IMG/VR virus record: IMGVR_UViG_3300042558_000825
Span: 1 to 64,000 of that record
Strand: one strand, 5' to 3'
From: a virus
Length of the DNA stretch: 64,000 bases
Made by a program: the position numbers and the translations under genes. Of the stretch, positions 61,201 to 64,000 are shown piece after piece. Below the pieces are notes generated by a model. The model was not told where the DNA came from, made no database searches, and saw only the letters and a program-made list of their open reading frames with translations. The first letter of the stretch is position 1. Each line of letters begins with the position of its first letter.

Positions 61201-61578
61201 ATCTAGGTTAGTAAAACTATCCCATGAATAGAATTGACTTGTGAATAATCTGTTGTTATCATTAACAACACCACCTTCTAATTCTAATCCATCAATAATA
61301 CCCGGGTAGCTAATAAAATCTTGTGCAGTGTTAGTATCTTTTTTAAGGAACGTTACACCCGGATCAAGTTGATAATCAGTTCTTGTTTTGGTAGGTTCAG
61401 TAACATAATAATTTTTAGCATTGACTCCATAACCAAATCTACTTCCTATATAGCCTTCTATGCGTTTAGTATTAGGCTGGTCTACTATTTGATCCAACGT
61501 TGCATTTAAAAATTGACTATTAGTCGGCGTTTTAAATATTTCAGGTAGAAAATTTAATGTTCTAATTCTTGTTGCCAT
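43222..61578 (-). CDS. Giant baseplate/tail structural protein (6118 aa)
   Basis: Uninterrupted 18.3 kb ORF next to the gp6-like wedge; YINEVKPYH motif; FG-GAP-like and BNR-like propeller repeats; repeated G.TYYV small beta-domains. Confidence 0.85.
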   Translation of the reverse strand: MATRIRTLNFLPEIFKTPTNSQFLNATLDQIVDQPNTKRIEGYIGSRFGYGVNAKNYYVTEPTKTRTDYQLDPGVTFLKKDTNTAQDFISYPGIIDGLELEGGVVNDNNRLFTSQFYSWDSFTNLDKIINFNQYYWIPEGPEAVTVSTDTVYNATDYIVVSNPNGYLITADGQAQGSTNPSLTLLRGGTYRFSVNQNSQFWIQGAPGVTGFDPTQLNVQTRDVLGVDNNGAEVGIVTFTVPFKNAQDQYIFPGNNRVDVVSTLTYDEVNGVLVSSLENGIDGITSLEGLTLMFYNTGVQSLVDAGSFEVGSTYTIDTLGTTDFTLIGATSNTVGESFIATGVGTGTGAAIVLTGYISKFFDTTTYDEETPSSGTQTVSTNSGPVTFPVGGAPYTPPGDSTNFANSEGGYYTDISATFYTITYEGDPTDPVIRLVNTGTIPVEEKITANFGTEWIGRTFYRNTSDTVSLIPYMSAILDTLYYQDGTSGNKVGQIRLISSNTTNRIDVLTDIIGKQNYTAPNGVVFTNGLKVIFSGDIYPSSYEGTRFYVEGVGTAIELIPVTDLIAPEPFTSGTYIPFDTTPYDIGNYDINLYIPVTPDYITISRNSIDKNAWSRSNRWFHIDVINATASYNSNPELISLYATSDNKAKRPIIEFYPNLRMFDSGIIGKPPIDFIDFRTTDAPNQVAGQENYYPDVEVYTGYNATINGTTGTSTTITILASNVFSKTGPGTFQIGQYINDSTNILPRNTQITNISGTTTITLTVEWEFSQTIGSTAVASLIANDTNNDSYAVFDGARIVFAADENLNIRNKIYIVRFSTLIPGDSPVITLTQADDGLVLANEQTVAFRGYNYQGMDFYFDGVDWQEAQQKTTVNQPPLFDIFDDNGISFGDSTVYIGTSFAGNKLFAYGIGSGNDDAILGFPLLYSSIDNVGDISFDTSLNSATFNYVSGTTPITQKVNTGYIYNYSDLTTSVRQLGWQTAVGPSVQYQIFEFNYYANNPVTTYTCDIAKLANTDSAWPTIQLFVNNKIQYSTAYTVETTSSQTIVTFTVPDPLVDTVVEILLLSDQVSETAYYSIPSNLNNNPLNADITVVNVGDIRGQYQSSFYNNPNTTGDVFGANNYRDLGNMVPYGNKIIQNSASLVLPGAFLRKQSHNLFNALLYNSREYITFKTLLIDTVNSTDFSTRLSPSTMLDDALDKITASKTDSNSFFWSDMLPSKAAYITNTYSFANALDISIYPLSKVYNFATANYNSVLVYLTNTSGIISQLIRGVDYTVSTDTPSLTVTLDLDPGDQITIKEYNQTYGSYVPNTPTKLGLYPSTIPAVVLDSAYAQPTYFIVGHDGSYNKLYGDYINGILIDFRDQVLFEYEKRVYNNLKLSNVIPVQEYEVLPGFFRETDYSYDEILQIYSSSFLDWVGQNRINYKTQFYNANNEYTYNYNQTGNKINQQVILQGYWRGIYEYFYDTSNPDTSPWEMLGFTDQPSWWATRYGSAPYTSDNLVLWNDLAQGIDWNNGNPIVITQAIRPELLQVLPVDSQGNLVSPFVSIVGNYSNNTLNRDWVVGDVGPAEFSYRRSSSWPFDLMRILALTKPANFFNLGVDVDNYKYNEEFNQYLVNNRSHLIISDVQIYGNGIAKTSYINWVVDYEKQVGIDATNNVSDLLNNIDVRLVYRLAGFSDKNLLKFYVEKSTANSNNSSLLIPDESYQVLLYDNQPFDRITYSGVVIQLTNNGYYKVYGNSQTNAYFKILLPKINGNYDRVSVQGLSVQLAKDYYTTPTVVSYGTEFYTIQEVAQFLEGYGRYLASQGVLFDQIESGLEVSWRQMVAEYLYWAQTGWESGSIVNINPAATLISINKDSYIVQPLTLQRQNFVLNQNLYPIQSTDLSIIRDGTAFTAQPLNQGDTIAYGQFNISNFEHGIVFDNVTVFDDVIYNLATGLRQSRITVRGTKTAEWNGTIDAQGFILNQDNILDWDKTVKYTTGSIVKYKNKYWIATTIIQPKQLFEEREWKQTDYNEIQKGLLPNTSTRSFESTIYYDVNRANLENDADLLSFSLIGYRPRDYLALADLTDITQINVYKNFIKNKGTLNAASAFKGANLPQGGIDYDIYENWAIKSGEFGGVLNSNFIDFKLNQSLLTGNPSIVGLTNGISTDGVQQEVPLYSLYNYGRPVNSTDVLPLLPTNTPSYLLPDAGYANFNDMRIAAYYYTNLPTSTSPRGVLTPLSQLYVGQYIWLADYQGTWQVMTPVSLGQVIFAKNNLNGTATITFNNPHGLTKYQPFAVVNFNDSLNGYYIVNTVIDLNSVLVNVTLAPSITSIFGQGIGFKFQSQRVATPNDIIDLPLLNTEFVKTKVWVDTNNDGDWAVYRKSINYGYDSELIKNGSETFGSAVAYTDTLGYLIGDADAGVAYRYSYNTLFDRYELLQTITSSSSFGTTIAYANDIFVISQPTGTPAVYVYQLVVSITVDELQSLQSAIAAPVGVTEWGKAIAISGDANWLYISAVTSSTSLVYVYRYSTITEEYEYSTTINLGLTNDDNFGYSIATDYYGDTVVIGTPDKNYDGSIENWGYTYVYDRTVQNVESQFTSLPDVPQTFTLAWTPTTVTQTATAIDGSTERITVTSSAGFSVGDPVVFSTGTNAGYFAIGETYTITSVGTTNFVAIGASANTIGQTFVATGAGTGTGTANSTGLLSSGAISANTVYYILDKPTGTTFRITTSRGSVVPINLTSSTGSMTCSIQITPLLITVNGTIITDNNYAVIDSTLYVYSSLNAGDIINVSGNNFVLCQTLTTETTPKIGVQFGNSVDTNTYATEILVGAPFELNSQNQEGAVYRYTNGGGKYGMIIGTSDCAITTTRIILINGYIVTLTAGNASTVANIINQANITNVQASEQLDNLGIPTGKLIISLINTALASVNDKLNVTVLNTSTWAELGFNTYTQTQIITDPHIQGTTQFGNVVKFNEFNSFVVSAPTATRYQATTFDSTDDEDYDNDTLFDNNATQWVDTYRNAGAVYMFDYLSVYNESLANCGNFVYAQSTNDINETYGSQPMFGHAIDFNASHVVIGTPNFKPDTIAGQLITYINATGTPDWSVYRNSNPVVDTNRIQNIQLYSAITNNTLDNLDYIDPLQGKILGSVRQNIDVISNVDPAGYNSPNINKGAMVWGAVQIGQIWFNTSTTRFVNYHQNDIVYDSKWWGQVFPGSDVTVYSWITSDVPPISYAGPGTVFDVESYAIEYTLNASGVLTPVYYYWVRNTNIIFTKTGKTLADSIIQSYIASPINSGISYFAPLEQDIYGLYNCGDNINANDTVLHIGFSTGTNDDVSHSLYNLIRTNYADDFLPGLPTTNGLDVPESLYDRMLDSLCGVDESGGVVPDPYLPKPVQYGIYARPRQSFFVNRFLALKNYLTYANDVLAQYPITETRNASFLNTQNPTIIETIVAGNCQANVTYTIVTVGDVNWTSIGAASNTAGITFIATGPATGSSRNTGTASFLAFAEGAKYNTTDYWNYINWWATGYDNNTKSALQVPIYADLATIDATPGLIVTVTTNGDGKSEVYVYTNLNMWERIGLQDGTIEFSSDLWDYSTARLGFGDNFFDTTPYDTYPSQETRSIVRALNEEIYTNELLLYRNKSLVLLFEYIQSETIESQNYLPWLNKTSFIDVGHTIRELLPLEVFRSDNQDFLAGYINEVKPYHVVIKEFLFKYTGSELYAGTITDFDLPSQYNTDVQQFITPELVYSNPSAINQYLPTDPIWQTSAYKEWFNNYGLSITGVNDYQITVLASYISLNSGSFAVDNAYGFPINGTILIGDELIGYAGVDRSNNTLFGLTRGVDGTPISVHIPGEIITIDLPAVLLLNGGRAYNEPPRITAYIDTSIYPEPRRPAILQAVMNLDSILRIDVIDPGDGYVVLPEIVIDPSIGLPFTSTDVDTFTNTIILPLPLLQTGDLIKYTIGTDTTAVGGLEVNQYYYVNVLESTPTFNIALYTTYRDAINDTDRVVLYTTGTGSNNLLSISARASCVSTAVPIRENKIALRFDRTSYTSELSDWQSGQFYGSFYAGLYNNSVRISSSSITLESTQPSIDTILASAQGAVFEIEGVTNDQTLNWSSRTRNVVSTTGGTSDIITIAPSTGGAPDEGGVGPTTGFYVDMPIKFQGAVGNSLLVNGTTYYVKTILNDTDITISAAIGGGTFNLNTATISSAGLLLYVGEVTNTAVVTLFYPGILNTTNTTAVTNTITIPLTGSGLGGTTGFYTNLPIFFTGSVFGGIIENEEYYVTTVVNSTTFTMSTVQDPLIINVTGVIASTDYITCTGTLGLSINDPIIFTDMVISGSVVSDFGNLISGTTYYVRAVIDSNNFQVSTVINGGAFNLGPSNVTGTCLGTDQKNIVQLTTATGSMICNVGLPVSPGQITGQQFTFYPTSSTYTGLIGTDSNLLVRTIDNALANGDYLSVTTTSGGLTNIYNNMPVEFASNYGGLTGGTTYWIVANGIVETTVTSTSAGNVLTCTSTAGFYNEMPVTFTGTGLGGVVLDTTYYIIDTIVSPITSTQFKISNVPGGTEVDLTGENGTMGITGQPYIKVSASLGGGEFPLTDTSANVTMTQAPTLVPEFDVSWVLGGYSVNIADAGEGYAINNTITILGTALAGTTPANDLVMTVNTIDTNGEILSVICAGTPNETVEQYYLKVISATECEVYSDPLLQIPVSGIDFPYTAGDYTLLPEPFYFNQSIVKYNNRVYQCIVSNNDTEFIFGKWELLSSDSRKLNALDRIMGYYQPTANMPGLDLTQLVEGITYPNSTYQGNAFPPADEYTLDTILQDQAFSPVEVDTASILFDGVTYIGSANTPTYSLIINSVNGTSWPSNKLSEQPVGLSDIGYFNGKYIITSTNTATPIFISTDGESWATTGLVDGTVSIDSTQLYSVSYLNGKYIATGNNIVSSTDGYNWIEVYNFYGSILYGISGITINNFNGFVAVGYGPDYSVIPTITQSVVLNSLDGITWTNITPFGSAETLYGVTSGNNTIIIVGDNGTIFTSINSSNWVNVGTGSYNLKDVAYSSDLGLFVIVGQAGAILTSSDDGVTWTDVTDSDITTENLNGITWNNIDNEFVIAGNNNVILQSADGITWINVGVFDTLPTIYDVQGDPFMSGYGPEELVPGVVSDNLTMIVTTRPGTNWDVETYQHVGYNVVSTQITPTVGQLTFSFDNLVEFPAQLSVFQVDSVTGLSTRLYSPSSFTVDWLVKTITLPSSLPAGDSLVVEVYEVGNGDQLEKSNSQTDPIRINTVTGFNEINLNCNFTATRSSGSGVIRPGTEPINVIATETDSTDNTILCENVAYFTLNDQIIFQGDVFGGIVADTHYYVKTISTVTNKITISDVITDGVAGPTFIITTDSGSMDIVIQTGSGAVWSDPIVYHNGTKLILGHTNRITQTNSSNNSITCNTTSGMAVGDRIVFSDTMFGNDITPQTVYYIESIFDGNEFTISATLGGTVITLSDAVGGATGITNDYSFGIADNGISAKMIFSAQYDVTLDYLAYTVFGETYPSQYGYTIPEIQTIIGNGTSGPFTLTNFVGGDNPTNAIVEINGVRLLDTAYTINSSTDTLQFIGGTPLTPSALDTIAVTSFNLTERQYFNTQYDITNKTVSTIINIDNEITPPIVSTIVTAVSSTGNLLTCANTSGFIVDQTIIFKGTQLGNVLTNGTVYYVKSVTYPYDGTFTISTTLSGSTFNPGTATGTMLAYVGGTPAVRVTTSTAHNLTTNDLIRIDGTIGSVQLNNNTYYVHVISSTQVDLYNTSYSSSISAVNDPVTSISTYLSGGYIWEDGIFVVDSDWEQSNVDRLWVTINGYRVPSTQLYLNANNNLSILTEIVTGDDIIITSMISSATPNQLVYLQNVNKNGTGSVFRSNSNTRTWIVQPIYYTDAVIYVDDVTKITDQITQNVVAPAAVNGITSIGLTADKNIISQVTVYNNTTNAYINSTNYDIVIIDLSPILEIYDEVTVGDSLAIVTLEGNLIYINGEQIKFTTVNPILQSGNFKIGQQYIIETVGTTNFTSIGASSNTVGLTFTATGLGMGTGTAIAINAISGLQRGTNGTAELSYIPLYSEMFGLLSNNLLPSVDYNLTWNSNIYNVTDGDPLQISETDAAYFLNTTIS

Positions 61579-61603
61579 TATTTCTCTCTATGTTATATAG
61601 TAC

Positions 61604-64000
61604 TTATCTTATTTGTAATTGAGCTGGTGTAAGTGCCGCAATCACTACCACATCATTTGCTGTCGCACCATTTGCAAATATTTCGTAAGGAGCAGATTTA
61701 ATTTCATATAAATCTCCAAAACTCATTGTAGGATCATTCGGCACTAATACTGCTGAACTAATTAATTCACCAACTTGGGCATGTAAGTATGCACTTAATT
61801 CACTAAAGTAAAAAGTGTCACCAAAATTCCAATTATTAATATCAAAGTATGCATTCATTGCAGAAAGAACGGCACTGCGAATTTCACTATCACTGGCATT
61901 AGTATTATTTGCTCTAATGACTTTAACAGTTGCTCTTAATAGTTCAGGAGCTTTAGGTCCAAATAATGGCAAAAATACTACGCTATTTAATATAACACTA
62001 TCACTTAACATTTTGTAATCATTTAATGAACCATATGATTGTGATAGTTCATTGATTGTAGGTTTATCTGGCATTGGTACTGTATCAGTAATATCTTGTA
62101 ACCAATTTTGATAAGCAGTATAATAGGATTGTGTTACTAGATATAAATCAATAATATTTGTAGTAGCTGGATCAATACGTGTAGTGTTATTACTATTATG
62201 ACGATATTGGAATTGCAATCCTTGACGTCCCGGTTTCATAATATATTGAGGTTGTTCTGTTACAACATAATAAAGAGTATTGACTGTTTGGTCTTGAATA
62301 GTTCTATAAAATAAATTATCACTGTATGCATAAAATAATTGACCTTCTGGGTACTCATATTTAACTACTTCAATTTGAGTCTTAGTGGGGTATTGGTATA
62401 CCACGGTACTTGATGCTATCAATTGATAACGTGAAAGATTAATAGCATCTTGTATAAGTTCAAAGAAAGTATAAACACCTATATTAGTATTACCAGTTAC
62501 ATAACCAGTAACTTCAGTAAAGAAATCTGGATTACTAACAAGTGTTCTATCATTAACATCTATGCTTGCAATTTCTACTTCAAAGTCATTAATATAACCG
62601 TCACTCTCTACTGTTTGACCAATGATACTAGTAGATACAGGTGCAGCCAATGCATAGTTACTATTAAATTGTGTATTAGTTGCTAATACTTTAACAAAGT
62701 CTTGTAATATTTTTCCACTAAACGGATCATATACTAGTTTGCCAGTTTCAAACGTAAAACGTGTATCAGCCACACTACCAAAGTAATATGTTAATGAGCG
62801 ATATGATATACTGTAACGGTTGTTACCTGAACTTAAAAAGTTTATAAAATAGTTACTAGCATTATATGCACCTATACTCCAACGATCTTGTGCTATAGTT
62901 AAACTGTTATCAAATATTAAACTAAAACTTTGATTAAGTTCCATTCTAACAACGCATTCTTGTATTACAATGTTAGGGAGTGAGTTATCAAATGCAGGTA
63001 ATATAGTAGTTACTATTGCACCTTGTGGTACATATCCGTTTAATGTTACTGGCCCAGTACCATTACTGAATGCGCCCTCACCGTTATTATAACCATCACC
63101 CACTACATTTAATACGGTAGTCCATATATAAGTTTTGTCAGATGGGCTTGCAATACCTGCTATTAAACGGTTTGTTTCACTAAAATAATATCCACTAGGT
63201 GCAACAAATTTAATCATTGCTCCTTTTGTAGCGTATTTCATATTATGAGTAGAGTACGTTCCAATTGGGATAGGAGTATTATCACTACCATTAATATTGT
63301 AGAAATAACCAGTTAAACTATTAGCATCAACTGTTTGTTCTTCCCAATATACTGTTCCATCACCTGATGCTGTATTAACACTATATCGTGTATAGTTTTG
63401 TATATAATATTGTCTTGCACGATTATCTGCTAATAGAACAGCTAATGAGTCTGTTAAAAAAGTAATAATATCGCCGGTGGTAGTAATTGTTAATAATGTA
63501 TTACCATTAGTACTATCTTGGTACATGCCACCATCACTAGCAAATGAATTCGTGCTGGAGTATTTTCCGGTTGGGTCTAACAAGTCTAAGTTTTTTGATA
63601 CACCAACAGAACTACGGTTAATAGCTTTGCTTTTAATAATAGAACTGTATAATGTATATGGGAAATTGTTGTAATCTTCTCCATTAACCATTCTGTTCTG
63701 GGTGTAGTAGCGGGAAGGGGCACGTTGTTTAATGTTTGATAATGTTTCTCTTGCCTGTGCGTTTGACACCGGTGTCTGTAATTCTAATCCTAATGTAAGT
63801 GTTTCTGTTCGTCCTACCCTACTAATATAACTTAATGTAACTGATAGATTTTGCATCTCAGTTGGATCAATAGTATATGTCAATGCATTACCTGCACGTA
63901 CATATGCTCTAAATGTTCCTACTGGAATCTCGGAAAATACTCCATCACCGAAAACGTAACTAACTTGGTCATTGAATCTAGAGCCTACAGAAAATATTCT
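61604..64000 (-). CDS. Baseplate wedge subunit (T4 gp6-like), 5'-truncated by window end
   Basis: Frame stays open to 64000 (RIFSVGSRFNDQVSYVFGDGVFSEIP...); FGDG; ETL..IK.RAP..YYTQNRMV..EDY; YFDINNWNFGDTFYFSEL. Confidence 0.85.
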   Translation of the reverse strand, partial: RIFSVGSRFNDQVSYVFGDGVFSEIPVGTFRAYVRAGNALTYTIDPTEMQNLSVTLSYISRVGRTETLTLGLELQTPVSNAQARETLSNIKQRAPSRYYTQNRMVNGEDYNNFPYTLYSSIIKSKAINRSSVGVSKNLDLLDPTGKYSSTNSFASDGGMYQDSTNGNTLLTITTTGDIITFLTDSLAVLLADNRARQYYIQNYTRYSVNTASGDGTVYWEEQTVDANSLTGYFYNINGSDNTPIPIGTYSTHNMKYATKGAMIKFVAPSGYYFSETNRLIAGIASPSDKTYIWTTVLNVVGDGYNNGEGAFSNGTGPVTLNGYVPQGAIVTTILPAFDNSLPNIVIQECVVRMELNQSFSLIFDNSLTIAQDRWSIGAYNASNYFINFLSSGNNRYSISYRSLTYYFGSVADTRFTFETGKLVYDPFSGKILQDFVKVLATNTQFNSNYALAAPVSTSIIGQTVESDGYINDFEVEIASIDVNDRTLVSNPDFFTEVTGYVTGNTNIGVYTFFELIQDAINLSRYQLIASSTVVYQYPTKTQIEVVKYEYPEGQLFYAYSDNLFYRTIQDQTVNTLYYVVTEQPQYIMKPGRQGLQFQYRHNSNNTTRIDPATTNIIDLYLVTQSYYTAYQNWLQDITDTVPMPDKPTINELSQSYGSLNDYKMLSDSVILNSVVFLPLFGPKAPELLRATVKVIRANNTNASDSEIRSAVLSAMNAYFDINNWNFGDTFYFSELSAYLHAQVGELISSAVLVPNDPTMSFGDLYEIKSAPYEIFANGATANDVVVIAALTPAQLQIR

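Noticed and set aside
43222-61578. Intein, intron or homing endonuclease in the giant gene
   Set aside because: No Hint-domain termini, LAGLIDADG or HNH motifs recognised; insertions are short beta-modules
1615-63674. All other plus-strand ORFs in the track
   Set aside because: Short, essentially contained within longer motif-bearing minus-strand genes, with no recognisable motifs
1-64000. Stop-codon reassignment as in some large phages
   Set aside because: Genes up to 6118 codons are intact in the standard code and coding density is already very high

Overview
AT-rich, gene-dense 64 kb segment of a large tailed-phage (jumbo, T4-like late transcription) genome. Essentially all real genes are on the minus strand and read in the standard code. 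In transcription order (right to left): (1) baseplate/tail genes, including a gp6-like wedge and a 6118-aa structural protein (40.3-64 kb). (2) A ~19 kb late-expressed sugar-modification cluster: about five glycosyltransferase-like genes, five radical SAM enzymes, a PLP enzyme, an SGNH-like protein, a half-length carbamoyltransferase and an NDP-sugar epimerase (21.4-40.2 kb). (3) A circularly permuted two-piece tmRNA gene with tag ANDSQFALAA, absent from the ORF track (21.1-21.4 kb). (4) A cassette of exported/membrane proteins with Asn/Thr and Pro repeats (16.9-20.7 kb). (5) A late operon joining an amino-acid-binding protein, a DAACS symporter, a T4-T-like holin, a 20-aa membrane peptide and an Asp/Glu racemase (13.4-16.9 kb). 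(6) Host-envelope genes: a porin and a DUF4214-like chimera. (7) A family of modular FN3/beta-propeller adhesin-like genes, several separated by terminators with an identical GGCTC/GAGCC stem (5-12.4 kb). (8) An early region with five near-consensus sigma70 promoters and a MoxR ATPase/VWA-metallopeptidase pair (0-5 kb). The porin type and tag peptide suggest a proteobacterial, probably betaproteobacterial, host (inference). All family assignments come from motif recognition by eye; no database searches were run.
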